NCBI GenBank assembly: GCA_013265495.1
Contig: MU058844.1
Location: forward strand, 3,725,895-3,789,894
Reading direction: 5' to 3'
DNA length: 64,000 nt
From: Vicugna vicugna
Lineage: Eukaryota
Positions within the stretch are counted from its first letter, which is position 1, and every line of letters starts with the position of its first letter. The notes below the pieces were generated by a model. That model worked only from the letters and a program-made list of their open reading frames with translations, was not told the DNA's origin and searched no databases. Of the stretch, positions 22,906-36,829 are shown one piece after another. The position numbers and the translations under genes were made by a program.

Positions 22906-25599
22906 ATGACCTTCCTCCTGTTAACAAAACTCCCTAGAGGTCCCCAGTCTTCTCGGTGGCTAATTTCAACAACGCAATCCCTAAGTGACCCATTATCCAT
23001 CCCATCTTTACTCACAGGAAGGAGAGTGCAGGATGTCTTCTGCACACACTGGTCAGAGTTTGTGTTACCTCTTTGCCTACCCTTGCTGTGTGCCACTGAT
23101 CCAAGTTGCTCAGCTTGCCTAGCGTTTTTGTTTTTTGTTTTTTGTTTTTTGTTTTTTGGTTTTTTTTAATCCTCTGCTGCTCGCACAAAGGCATGCTCCT
23201 CTATGCACATCCATCAATTGCCACAGCCTTTGCCAGAACTACTCTGTCATCTTCAGGGCTGCCCCTGCCACTTCCTTTCTGCAGCAGGGCTGGGATCCCT
23301 CTTTTCTTTACTGCACTGGCAGAATGGAAAAAGAAATGAAGCCTGACCCCTCGGAGCAAGAAGATGAGTGATGTGTGAGGCACAGTTTTTCTAACATGTC
23401 CTTTGTGCTTTGAAGTTTCCTCTCTCCAGGGCATGTGTGGAGGGCTGAGGCAAGCAATGTTGTGATCTTCCCGGAGATTCTAGATGGTGGCCCTCTCACA
23501 CTACATCAGTGAGGGTGACAAGAAGGAGTGGCCAACTCCTGGAGACTTTGAGCAACTATTGTGTAAGCTCCCTTTCAACTCTAGAATGTGTACTTTTTTT
23601 TCTTTCCCTCAACCCCCTAGGCTCACTTTCTCTCATGAAGAAAATCCTCTTTCCTCTTACAGAGTAGCCTTGTCCTGGTCCAAGGGCATTTGCAGATCAC
23701 CCAGAGCCATTCAGAGAGGCCCTGAAGAGTTTTAGAATGCTAAGATGTCCCCACTTGATACAACAATTATCATGCTATATCTTTGATTTTCACACTAAGG
23801 AACATTTGGTTCAGCTCTTCCCCTGGTGCCTTATCCACAACCACACTGTCCCTTCCATTTGTTTGGTGAGGGTTTCTCTTGTAGGAGCAATGGGAGTGGG
23901 TAGGATAGGTGGGTTATATGCTATCTTGCTTCCTTGAAGTTGCTTCAGAAATGTTTTTTTAAAAATTACAATTTGAAAAATACATCAGGGAGGAAAATTC
24001 TCTCTTGCCAAACCTCCTGCAAGGAACAAATAGAAACATAAATAGTCAAACGACCAGCGTTCTAACTAAGCTTTGTTAATCTTTTCCCAAGGTAAAGTGA
24101 ATACATTTATTTTTTTTTTACTGGATGCTTTCCTGATTTTTCTTTCAAGGACAAAAGATTTGTAGTCGGAGCAGCTGGATCACTTCCTCCCACTATTCTG
24201 TCCTTGGAGACATTTGGCCCATTAAAGGGAGCCCACGGATTCCATTTCAACAGATGCATCTCACATTTATTCGGGATATAAGTGATAGGGTGACTCATTG
24301 TGCTGCTCGTACAATTACAGTCTTTGTTGCTTAAGAATCATATCTTGATTCCATATAGGCAAAGAGATTTATCATTATACTCTATGGCAAGGAAAGACTA
24401 AAAGGACAATATATGGGTAACAATGTCAGAGACACTGGAATGTTCCTACTTGGGAATAAAATGCACAGTTTGTCATTTGACTCGCAGCCTTAGGTGCACT
24501 CACATAGAATGTGGGCTTTTGAAATTCATGTAAATTAAATTTACATTTGTAAAGTCAGGTTTGTAACATTGGAAAATCTCTCATGGGGTGCTCTGGGTAG
24601 CTGGCTGTTAAGAAATAAAAAAGAGAGAAAGAGCTCTTATTCATTTTCTTTTATGTGTTGTACAAATTCCATCTCTATGTGGGTAAAATACAAGCCCTGG
24701 CAAGTACAGTGTTTGAATTCACTTTTGATCACTTTTGGACCAACACACACATACATTTAAGTTCTCCAAAGCAAATTTCTGAAAGGACTTTCTCACTAAA
24801 CTAATTCTATTTCTCCTTCAAAAATGTCTGTCCCTTCCCCTTCTTTTTTTCCTTCTTTCAGCTCCCGAATTCTGTAGGTGTTCTTGAGGAAGCAGGAAGG
24901 GTGAGTAGGCAGCAGTGAGACAGCTGCTTACTCTTCCTCAAATGCCTTTCCTGGGGCTCAAAAGTACATTGGGGAAGGGAAAGAAAGTATCTACTTCATT
25001 GGCAGTTTGTCACTGAGAAGCAGGAAAAGCTTCCTTGTGATCTTTCTTGAAGGTCTGAATTTAGAAGTAATTTAAGAAGGTGCAGGTTTGAATCTCAGGT
25101 CTGCTATTTACTAGTTGGGTGACCCAGAGCAGATTATCCTAACTCTTAGTGACAGATTACATAGAAGAAAGATGCAGTACTACCTCCTTAGGATCATCAA
25201 AGGATTCTGAACGACGTCACACTGACTGGCACATACTTAGTACACAATAAATGTTAGCTATTCTTTTTTTTCTTATTTATTGTACTACCAGGCCCTGATT
25301 TATGGCAAAATGTATAAGAACTATGGACTACTCAGAAGCCAGCCCCAGTTAACTGAGTGAGAAAGGAGGGGGAATACAGTGTTTGATATATGGCCTATTC
25401 TTTGCTTTCTGGTGGGCTAGTTAACCTCAGATCTGAAGAACTATATACCAACCATAGGACTGCATTCTGAATACAGTCATATTGACCACAATTTGATTCA
25501 ACAATGAATCAACAGTAGGACCCTGTCGTAGGTTAAAGAAATTAGGAGGAAGTAGGAGAATTCTTGACTTGAGATGGGCAAAATGTGGATATTCTGTGC

Positions 25600-25860
25600 T
25601 CAAGAGGCAGTGGTGGATAATAGGAAGCCATACACTTTGGAACTAGAGAGAGCTGGGTTCAAATTCCAACTCTAAGAGTTACCGATCGTATAAATTTGGG
25701 GAAAATATTTTTTTTCTTTCTTTCCTTTTTTTCCCCTGTAATATGTGGGTAAGCATACTTACTTTGCAGTATTGAAAAGATTTAATAGATAGTTCATTTT
25801 AAAGTACTCATTAATATTACGCTTGGCATATAGTATTTTCTCAAAAAAAAAGTTAGTGCT
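25600..25860 (+). mobile_element. MIR SINE
   Basis: 'gaggcagtggtggataataggaagccatacactttggaactagagagagctgggttcaaattccaactct'. Confidence 0.75.
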
Positions 25861-26436
25861 CTTTTTCTTTCCTGTTCTCTCCTCTTTAATGATGAATAAT
25901 ATGATTTGACACTCACTCTAAATTTAGCTCACACCCTATCCCAAAGAGTGTTTTCTCTGCTGGCTCATGATCTGATTTGGTCATTTCCTGAGAAGCCCTC
26001 TCTCCTTGCTGGCTGTGCCTACTCAAGCTTGACACAGTGCATCTTAACTAAGTGTTAGAAGAAGGCAAATTTTTGCCTTAGACAAACTTCTAATTGATGA
26101 CATCTAATTCTACCCAGAATTGCATTGATTGGGGAAGGCTCTTCATCTATACTGATGTCAGTGAGATTTATGTATGTATTCCCAGTGACAGCCACCTTGG
26201 ATTATTTTTTTTTTTTGAAAGTAGGTGAAACATAAATCATGACTCAATAAAATACTTTTGGACAGTGAGCCAATTTCTGCATCTGACTAAGGGGATTAAT
26301 TTATGTCTCCATAGCTGTGACTGAAAGAAGTCAGATTATAGTTTCAAAAAAATAGTAAGCTTTGGTTGTCAATTCTTTTCCCTCTCAGTTGAAAACTCAG
26401 TCTCAGTCTGATGATTTTATATTACAATCCACAGTC

Positions 26437-26624
26437 TTGATGCCTGCTTTTAAAATAAAGTTTTATTGGCACACAGCCTCACTCATTCATTGATATATTG
26501 TCCATAGCTGCTTTCAGGCTGCAAGGCAGAAGTCAGTAGTTGTACAGAAGATAACCTGTGTTTGGCGCCCAAAGTTGAAAGTATTTACTATCTGGTCTTT
26601 TACAAGAAAAGTTTGCGGACACCT
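26437..26624. mobile_element. MER58A-like hAT-Charlie MITE
   Basis: 'aataaagttttattggcacacagcc...atttactatctggtcttttacaagaaaagtttgcggacacct'. Confidence 0.85.
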
Positions 26625-27726
26625 ATTGTAAAGAATTTGAAAGATATTTATGTGTTGACCTAGGCTTGGGCTCTCTTTAGATGGAGCTTGGGGCATAGGA
26701 CAAATGGTTTCTAGAATAGCACACCGTAGGTCTGTAACAAAGATCAGTTGAATTAAATATCTACAAAGCATTAGTGTTAAAAAATGTTATTTGCAATTCT
26801 TAGCATAATGTGACATACATTTTTACTCTTCTCTTGTTTAGCTGGTTTGCACTGAACACAGAAGAGTGATCTACATTGTTAAAGGAAGCTTTGGTATCAT
26901 TGAAGATGGACACACTCATGAATCTAGTTGGGGCGAAGGAAGGGTGAAAACATCATAACTAGAGATGGCTGAGCTCCACCCAAGTGTCTGGTAAATTCCC
27001 ATGATGTCAGGCCACTGTGAAGCATCACTCACGAATGGAACACCATTTTTCCTTTTTCCTGCTAGTAAAACTTCAACATGAAGCCTTTCCTCTATCCAAA
27101 CATCTCATTTTCCTCAGGATTAGCGTGACTTTGCCCAGCTCTTTTCACAATGTTGTGGCAAAGGAATGGAAAAACTATTCAAGTTGAAAAATTATACCAA
27201 CTAGTATAATTTAGTTAGGTCAGTACACTTAAAATGTCATGCTTTTGTAGCTTCATTGAACGACTTTATTTATCTAGAAGGAGTGACAACCTCTGGTCTA
27301 ATGGGGCTTTCGTGGCTAACTCTATCCAGCCAGGGCTGTATATGTGACTCTTTGTGTACAGCTGAACTCTAGACCCTCTCCAAAGCCTGGGAGTGTGGGA
27401 ACTACTACCTGGGCAGAGCTGAGCCTAGACCACCCACTCATTTCACACAGCCCATTAAACGGTTATCATATGATGCTATGTTACTCCTCCTGTTGACCTT
27501 GCCCTGGATGGCTGTGTGTTGAATTACTAATTATCCCTACAGCTTTGCTACGTAAATGCCATTTAATTTCCACCTCCACTTTTGGAATCCGCAGTGCTCA
27601 GACAGGACCACAGCAATAACCCCTGGAGCTCACTGTTTCTTGCAATGCAGTGGGGTGTCATCTACCACTTCTGTAACCATTACCACCAAGAAATGCTTTC
27701 TTAAGTACACAACAATAGAGAATGAC

Positions 27727-27783
27727 AAAAGAAAAAAAGAAAAGAAAAGAAAGAAAAGGAAAGGAAAGAAAAGAAAAAGAAAC
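27727..27783. repeat. (GAAAA/GAAA)n purine tract
   Basis: Read directly from the sequence. Confidence 0.85.
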
Positions 27784-28879
27784 CCTTTCCCCTACCCCTT
27801 TCACTCTTCACTGTGTAAGTTGCACTGCTCTGGACCATTCTCATGCTTCAGTTTCATGCCTGGTCGACATTGGACACTTGCCTGTGCTGTATGGAAATAA
27901 CAAGCCACCATCTGGGGGGCTCATCATCTTACTCGGAGGCAGGAGTGTCTCCAAGGATTATGCTTTGCCTACTTGGCACGGAAATCCTGCTTTAGCTTCA
28001 GTGATTAGCAAATGTAGGGAATGATTTCCCTCAGTCTAGACCCCAAAGACTAGCCCAGACAGACATAGGAATTCCCATGAAAACCCTCTAGGCTGCGGGC
28101 CATAATTTACCTTCTGTTGCTGTAATACTCTTACTAGGATATTGCTAGTAAGATTTTGCAAATGTTTTCTTTTAAAATGACCCATAAATTTGTGGTGACA
28201 AAGTGCTCAAAACACCATCATACTTGAAGAAGACAACTCTGGAGCAGGGTAGATCAGACAGGAGTGGGCACTGGGGGTGGGTTGGAAGAACAGTTGGGAG
28301 ACCGATAATCATTATTTTGATTTAAGTTTAGGATTCTTTCTATGTTAAAATTATTTGTAATCATCAGAAAATAATACACTCTATGGATTTCTCACAAATG
28401 GATGAATTCAAAGGGCTTTGATTTAAAAATCAGAACCCAGGCTTAATTGACTCTTTCATCTATCAACATTAAAATCAAGGCAAGGGTCTTAACCAAAGCA
28501 GTGTTTGTTGTTTTATTGTGTGTTTAAATAGGACTTTTTTGTGTGTGAATTTCTTAACTGGCTTTCAAATAGCTGACATGTATTTACCCAAACCAGGAAA
28601 TAAGCAAAAAGATGTTTGTTTTTATGAATATGAGGGGCAGTATTACTTCATTCATTTCTTCTTTAAACATTTATTGGGCATCTATCCGCCACATACCAGG
28701 CACTATGCTAGATGCTGGGAATACAACAGTGAGAAAAAATAGACTCAGTTCCTACCTCATGAGGTTATTAGAGTACCCCTCAAGATGTAATAAATTAGAA
28801 TAGACGCAAATTCAACATTTAGCAAATAACAAACATAATAATTTTACAGATGATTATTTAGTGACATCATTCCCTCTAC

Positions 28880-29551
28880 TTTTTAAAAAATTTTTTTTAA
28901 TTGAATGATAGTCAGTTTACAATGTGTCAATTTCTGGTGTACAGCATAATGTTTCAGTCATACATATGCATATACATGTTTGTTTTCATGTTCTTTTTCA
29001 ATACAGGTTACTATTAGATATTAACTATAGTTCCCTGTGCTATACAGAAGTAAACTGTTTATCTATTTTATATGTAGTAGTTAGTATTTGCAAATCTGGA
29101 ACTCCTAATTTATCCCTTTCCACCCTTCTCCCTGTAACCTTAAGTTTGTTTACTAGGTCTGTGAGTCTGTTTCTGTTTTGTAGATAAGTTCATTTGTGTC
29201 TTCTTTTTTTTAAATTAGATTCCACATATGAGTGGTATCATATGGTATTTCTCTTTCTCTTTCTCTTTCTGGCTTTCTTCACTTAGAATGATAATCTTCA
29301 GGTCCATCCTGCAAATGACATTATTTTATTCCTTTTTATGGCTGAGTAGTATTTCACTGAATAAATACACCACAACTTCTTTACCCAGTCATCTGTTGAT
29401 GGACATTTAGGTTGCTTCCATCTTGGCTATTGTACATAGTGCTTTTATGAACATTGGGGTGCATGTATCTTTTTGAATGAGAGTTCCCTCGAAATATATG
29501 CCCAGGAGCAGGATGGCTGGATCATAGGGTAAATCTATTTTTAGTTTTTTG
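28880..29551 (-). mobile_element. Young 5'-truncated L1, related to the 16222-16832 copy
   Basis: 'aattgaatgatagtcagtttacaatgtgtcaatttctggtgtacagc...ttagattccacatatgagtg...ttccatcttggctattgtacatagtgc'. 12-bp TSD cattccctctac (28868-28879) / catttcctctac (29552-29563). Confidence 0.92.
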
Positions 29552-30169
29552 CATTTCCTCTACCTTAAGACTACAATTTTTTCTACTTTATTACAATTCA
29601 AGATCTTTTTCCCCCTGCCAACTTCTTGAATTAAGAAAATAACTCTACTTTATGGAGAAAATGGAAACCTTTGAAATATTTTTCTGTTTGGAAATATATT
29701 TCCCATCATTTGTTTTTATCTCAAAACTCTTCTATTATGACTTAAGTCATTCTTTCTTCCAACCTACTTTTCTGGCCTTATCTTTCACTATACCCCACTT
29801 CCTCCTCAGTGCTCTAGTCAAAACCAGCAGCTTCTGTGTGACTAAGATGCCCCACCCTTTCCATCTCCCTGTCTCTGCTCACCATGTCTTTGCCCCAGAA
29901 GCCCTTCCTCCAACATCTCCACCTACCTAATCCTACTCAGTTCCAAGCGCCAGCTTCTAGGCCAGCTCTTTCATGAAGATGTGTCTCCTGAAGAGACAGT
30001 TAAGTTTACTGTTCTCTGGACAACTAGAGCACCTTTTAATTCTTTTTGGATTTGTAGCAATAATGCATGGCTACTTGTGTATGCTTGTGTATATTTCTCT
30101 TCTTTTTCTATTGTAATGTTGGCTTACAGAAAGCAGGATTAATACCTTTTATTACACTGCTTATAAAAA

Positions 30170-30330
30170 CTTTTTATTTATGTACTATGAAATTATAATT
30201 ATATGTAATATAATTATAATATTATTTATAATTATAATAATATATACTAATTATAATATGATACATAATTATAATAATATAAGTACAATTATATATTATA
30301 TTTTTATTTTTAATAAATAAGTTTTATTAC
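30170..30330. repeat. AT-rich low-complexity tract
   Basis: Almost pure A/T, built from (TAATTA/TATAA)-like units. Confidence 0.9.
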
Positions 30331-30946
30331 ATCAATCATCCATGAAGGCATAGCACAAATATTTCTTGTGTCAAAGTTCTAGGAGGACTTTCCATGTGTC
30401 AGGTGCTGTGCAAGGCTCTGGGGATATAGACACCCTCACTTCCCATCCTTGTGATGAGCATTAAACACATGGATTCTGTAAGTATGGTATTTGTGAGATA
30501 AAAAATTAATGCCCAAAATATGGCCCAATCCTTGACCTTTTATGTTGGAGTGGAAGCTCCAGGGGCCATGCAGAACAATTTTTTTAGTTTAAATGCTCTG
30601 ACAATTTTAGTGGCATCATATTCTTTACCTTGCATCATGAGAAATTTAGTTAGGTCAACACAGGATCACTAAGAGAGAAGAACTGGGCAACTCTTCAAAC
30701 TAGCAGCTGCATTTGTAATCAGGCCCAGGGGTGTAGCTTCTCCTATTTCCCAGGCTGCCTGACTGCCATCTTCAGAGGAACAAAATTGGAAAAGTATACG
30801 CTCCTTTGGTGTTAGACTTGCCCTTGGTGTTAGACACAGCTTCACCCATAACTAGAGGGGAAGCTTTGGTGGGGTGCGAACTTCAACTGTAAAATGAGAA
30901 TAGTAATACCCTCCTCAGTGAAGCTGAGTAAAATGTAAATCCTAGA

Positions 30947-31177
30947 ATACTGTCCATAAACTGTGGTCTGGTCTGTAGGCCAAATTTGGCTTGCTGTTCA
31001 TAAAGTTTTATTAGAACACAGGGACACCCATTTATTATGTATTATCTATGTGTCTGCATAACATCAGCAGAGCTGAATAGTCACTGTCAAGACAGTAGGG
31101 CCCATAAAACCAAAAATATTTACTATCTGGCCTTTTGTAGACAACGTTCTTTTGTAGACAACATTTGCGGATCCCTG
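30947..31177. mobile_element. MER58A-like MITE
   Basis: 'gtaggccaaatttggcttgc...ataaagttttattagaacacag...aaaatatttactatctggccttttgtag...tttgcggatccctg'. Confidence 0.85.
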
Positions 31178-32359
31178 GACCAGAACATGACACTGTACCT
31201 GGAAGATACTCAAGAAATACTGTCATAATTATTCTCTTTTTCACCAGACCTAATCTGGGTGAGAGTGGAAAAGAAAGAATGGAGAAGAGTTGGCAGGAGA
31301 GGGAGGAACTAGGTGGCTAATTGTCTCTCTCCATTTAATGGAAACTCAAATTGGAGTTGAACTTGTGTCTGGGACTGAAACCTAATAAAGACCTGAAGAG
31401 ATAAAAAAATTTTTTTCCTTATTAAAAACTGTCATTGGTCCAAAAATGTCTTCTTTCCTCTTGGAAAGCACTGTGTGTCACAGTTGAAGTTAATAGTTCA
31501 TTATTGATAAAGGCTGTCATTGGCAGAGACCATGAAAATTTTCCACCAGAGCACAGAACTGCCATTCCAGGCAGTTTTGCTTGTGTTGGTATTGATTTCA
31601 ATTAAAACAAGTAATCTGAGTCCCTGGGCTTCCTGTTGGCTGCATTCATTGCCCAGTGATGCAAATGGGAAGCCTGTTTCAAACCTACGATATCTGGTTA
31701 CTCACAACAAGGCCCAGGCAGCTGGGGTATAAACAAAACCCAAGCACCAATCAATGTAGAAGGAAATGATCTTCATTTGCCCTACAAATGATGTCATCCA
31801 TCTTGGGCCTGACAGTTTTCTAACAATTATTGACTGTGAGGCCAGGCAAATCTTACAAATTCATCTTATTCCTTATCAGGGCAGGCAGTCAAGCGTGTTC
31901 CAAAATATTTGATTTGGTTCAGTTCCTTGTGTACATATCCTTTCTCTCTCTCTCACTCTCTCTCTCTCTCTTTTCTTCCTCTTCCATTAGGTCAACCTTT
32001 GTGGGAGGAGTTTGTGTGTTTGCACAAAGCTTAGCATGATGGTATTCTGTATCTGAATGTTTATTCTGTGGGTGAGCACTTGAATGGCTTTTCTCTTCTA
32101 CCTGTTAGCTTATAATAGCCTAATCCAGTGATCAGACTCCTTCGTTTCACATAATGATTCCACAATTTGTGTCAGAATGGTTCTTGGTAATAGCAAAACA
32201 GACCATGGTTTCCAAAGTTACATGGCACATGACGCCAAATGTATAGAACATGTTGTAATTTGTGATTTTGTAAATTCACATATCTGAATCATTGCTTTTC
32301 AGGCTTGTGTACTGGGTCAAGTCACCTAGCTGGAAAGTGAGCCTAAGTTACTGTGGAAC

Positions 32360-32795
32360 AGATTGACTTGTTTTTTTTTCCCCAACCTGCTTTCCTTGGG
32401 ACACATGGCTAGACTGTATTTCCCAGCCTCCCTTGCAGTTAGATGCAGCCTTGTGTCTTTGTGGTCAAGGAATGAAGTAGAAGTGATATATACCTTTTTC
32501 AGGCTTAGGCCATAAAACCCTCCTAAATGCAATCCTCTAACCTCTTTACCCGTCTCACAGCTGAATAGAGGACTCTGAGGACTTAGAGGAGGGAGACATG
32601 GAAGGAGCCTGGGTTCCTGAATGTGAATGTGTAGCAGACCTCCCACCACCACCAACCCAGATTGCACTGTGATGAGATCCTCTGTCCCATCCTGGCCACC
32701 AACCCACATTGTACTGTGATGAGAACAAGAAGCAAACATCTATTAAGTCCCTGAGTTTTGAGGTCGTTCTAACAGTCTAGTCTGACTAGTGCACT
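32360..32795 (+). mobile_element. MLT1J/I-like MaLR LTR
   Basis: 'gctagactgtatttcccagcctcccttgcagttagatgcagcc...ggaaggagcctgggttcctgaatg...tgatgagaacaagaagcaaacatc'. Confidence 0.8.
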
Positions 32796-35700
32796 GATGG
32801 CCATTCTTCTCTGTTACATTGCTATTTTTTATTCATCATCTTCACACATGCAATAACTTTCACAACATTATACTTTGCTGTATTTTATGGAATAGATGAT
32901 ATGCTATAAAGGTGTTTGGAAATGTGAAGATGTGTGGGCGTATTCACTGAAAGCATAAAGGAGCTTCTGTCTTTTCCTCCACAACATTTCTGTGTTGGAG
33001 GTAACTTCTTCAATGTTCAAGTAACAATAAAGGCTTGGTGTCTTAGTTTCATTTCGTAAGCAGAACTGTTTTTGGTTTTTTGGTTTTTGGTTTTTTTTTT
33101 TTTTTGGTAGAAAGCCTTATTTTTCGTGGGTGTGTCCATTACTCTATATTAATTGAACCAACTGTATATGAAATGTCAAACTTAATTATTGGGCAGGAGA
33201 TGGCAAATTGTATTTTGTTTTTGTTGGAATGAATATTTTTTTGTATTTGAAAGGGAAGTGAGTATGGCATTAAGGAGGAAAGGGGGAGGGAGTTATTCTA
33301 CCGATGGGGAATCTGAAAAGGCTTTAGTGGTACTGCGTGATTTCCCTCTGCCATGGGCTGGCATGATCCAGGTGAGGCTGCACCTTTAGCCTTGATCACA
33401 GACTAAGAAGGTTTCAGAACACAACCTCAGACCTAGGATGGACACAAACATGAGCCTGAAGCAAACAGTTATTGTTGAACCTATGAAGATGTTGGGCACA
33501 TTGGTTTCTGCTGTTTAGCCCAAGCTGACTGATGTTTGAGAGCTCAGGGAGTTTCACTAACTTATCTAAGACCACAGGCTAATACGTTGTGGAGCCAAGA
33601 TTTGAATTCAGGAAGACTAATTTCAGAAACTGCATATAACTCCTCCTGTGTAGGAGGAAGAATTTCCTGGACCTTATGTGTAGGATAGACTGGAACAGAG
33701 AGGGACTAGAGACAAGGAAACCACTTAGGAAGACTTAATGTGAAGTTGTAAGAATCTGGAAGAGGTTGCTTATTTAGGGACTCTGATTTACGTAGAGTAG
33801 CTGCCTCATAAAGAACACTTGAAAAGGTGAATGAATGAGTTTTTCTGACTGCAGGTACTGGTAAGTGCTGCTGTGACCGCCACATTCTGGGTAGTCATTT
33901 TCTTTACTGTAATTCTTGGCTTTGGCCACACATCATTGCTGGCAGAGTCACTGAGTCACAGAAGCTTCCCTGAGGATGGCCCGTTCCCCGTCCCCCAGGA
34001 ATGGCTCAGCCCACACTGTCCAAACAGAAGGAGGGCACTCTGTCCTTTTGCTAGATCCTCAGTCAGCATTATCACCGCTCTGTATTGCCTTTTCTCATCC
34101 TTTCCTTTGCAGGTGCAGCACTGTCAGCTAAAATTGAATTCACCCTTCCTTCATGCTACTTATAACATCCCAGCAGGAAGTCCCTCTGCTATTAAGTTAT
34201 CTTGCACTTTCTCTCACCTTGTCTTTTGCATTTGGTGCTAAGGATGGCGTAAGGGGTTATTAAAAGTAAAAATGAGTCTCTTTTCAGTTTCACCAATGCA
34301 TTTCTTTTCTGATTTGGTGTCATTTAGACCCTGGGAACATAAGCCCACATCCCAGTCTGTACTCCCTTGCTGTCTAAATCCTCACGCTAGAAAAGCAATC
34401 AGCAAACGTAAAACTCACGATTGCTCTAAGTGGGTCTAAGTAAGTCCCATATGTCACTGGCAGTTGGAAAGCATAGGGGAAGTGGAAGAGAACAAAGGAA
34501 GGAAAAATGGAAGGACAAAGGGAGTGGGGTGAAGAAGAGAGAGGACAGTGCTGAGAATCCTTACTTGTACTAAGAGCATGCATTCTTATCTTCAAGATGT
34601 CTCCCTCATACCATTTTTTTCTTACAATGTGGTAGAAGATAATACCACTTTCTGTGGACAAAATTGGTATGATACTCTTGAAAGTAATTTTTACAGGAAT
34701 GAATAATTTTGTGAAATTTCTGGCACAGGATTGTATAACCAAGATAAAAAAAATTTTTTTAAAGGTGGTTTATTGTGAAAAAATCTATTTCTGGTAGATA
34801 TTAAGCCTCTCATAATGCAGTCATCTTTTAAATGACAATAAATAATTGCCCTCAAAACAATATTCAGGAAGGCTGAGTGAAGTCTATGAAAGGTGTAGCT
34901 TCATTATTAAAAACCGTGCGGTTCCATCAATGTTTATTGACAACCTATGCACTAAGCCCTAAGAATACAAAGATAAGAGAGACACAGCCCTACAGTGAAC
35001 TGGGGACCCATACAGTAATTCAGGAAAGACAGACGTGGTGGTGGGAATGCCAGAGGGCTTCCTGGATGATGTGAAGGATGTAGTAAGTCTTGAGTGAGTA
35101 GACATTGGTCTCCAGAAGAAAACATTGCAACTAGAAGAAAGGAAAGGCCTCTGCAGGATTATGGATTGTCCAGAATTAATAGAGCTTAACGTGTAAGGCA
35201 GAGAGTGATAGATGACGAAGGCAAAGAAGTTAAGTAGGAACCCCTTGCTACTTTTACATGGCAATTAGAGTATTTAAGGGTTATATTACTCCATGGAAAG
35301 TTCACATTCAAGAATATTTTCAGATAAAACACTTGGAGACTCACGTAAGTTATCATGTGTTCAAGGGCATGTTTGATGCCATTCTAAGCATGTGGTACTT
35401 TCGATATTCTTACATATAAATGGCATGAGTCTTGTTCATTTAATATTTACAATGTGTGCAGTATTTGTATGTCAGAAAACACCAGAGATGTATCAGAGTA
35501 GTACGTATTTAAGTAGTAAGCACAGGGCGCAGAAACAATTTCCTATGAATTCAAAGGAAGGAGAAAACGTTTGTAGGTTGAGCGACATCCCTGTTGTTCT
35601 TCCTCCCTTTTCTATTCCTTTCTCCCCTTTCCTTTCTTTCTTTCCTTCTACACTTATGTACTGGTCTCTGTATGCTAAGAAGTTATTGTGGTTAGCAGAA

Positions 35701-36829
35701 ATAGACGGCTATTCAACAATTTTCCCCCAAACATAATTATAGTAGTAATAAGTGTTCTCAAGAAAGCATACTCCAAAGACAGAGCATAAAAAGGGCTGAG
35801 TGGCACCTAGAAAATCTTCCTGGAGAGTTTGTTAAACCGACACCTGAAGCACAATGAGAAGAGAGAGCAGATTCCTGAAGGGGGAGTGGGTGTGGACAGA
35901 TGGTGAGAAGCAGGGGAGGACATATGAGCCTCGCTAAGTGAAGTGACGAAAGACAGACAAGAAAAGTCCCAAAGGATAGCACAGGATTCGTCTGATCCAG
36001 AATGAGAATGTCAGTTGCTACAATATTCCTTCTTCAATAAATCTCTATGAAAGCCTTTTCTGGCACCATTAAAATCCATCCTTTCTTCGTATCCTACTTT
36101 TTATTTTAGTGATTGCAGTTGAGATTTACAGGGTTTCTATTTTTTCTTTTCTCACTTTCCTTTATCAGGTAATTAATTTAGACCCCACTCATTGGGAACT
36201 GATTGTGACACAAGTTAGCTCAAACACATAGATCGCAGTATACTTGGAAAGAAACACAACTGCATTGCTTTCCATCTCTTCTATATTTTATCTTTTAATT
36301 CAGATATAACTCATACCAATTAGGGAGGCTTCACTGAAGCTCCTGAAACAACTTTGGCCTTTTTAATATGGCAATTTCCATGGCAACTGTTTCCAATCAT
36401 CAGTGCAAGTGTGGTTACAAGACTGTTTCTTACTGGATGCCTAGTTGGGGCCAAGGATTTGGACATAACCTTGTTAGTATTGCTGGCAGCTGTCCAGGCA
36501 CAAAATATCTTGATGCTGGTGTTTCTCTCCTTCTATATTTAACAGATAGGCTTATTGAACTTCCCTCAGTACCCACTAGCCAGTGAGCAGGAAGCAGAAT
36601 ACGACAGGTCCAGGGTGAATCATGACAGCTATTCTAAGGTTGCCAGATTCTTTCCCTATTTTCCCTTGTCCAAACCCAAAACACAACTTCGTTGGGAAAA
36701 AAATCACAAAGGGAAGAAGACTGATTCAGAATTCAGAAACCTCAAGCAGGCACTCAGAGTTGCTCGGGAATCCTATTAAGTTTCTCCATCACTGAGATGA
36801 CGGTACCATAGCATCTCCTTTTTCCTCAA

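Noticed and set aside
30170..30330. AT-rich quasi-periodic tract as a structured array
   Set aside because: Irregular low complexity, with no constant repeat-spacer organisation.
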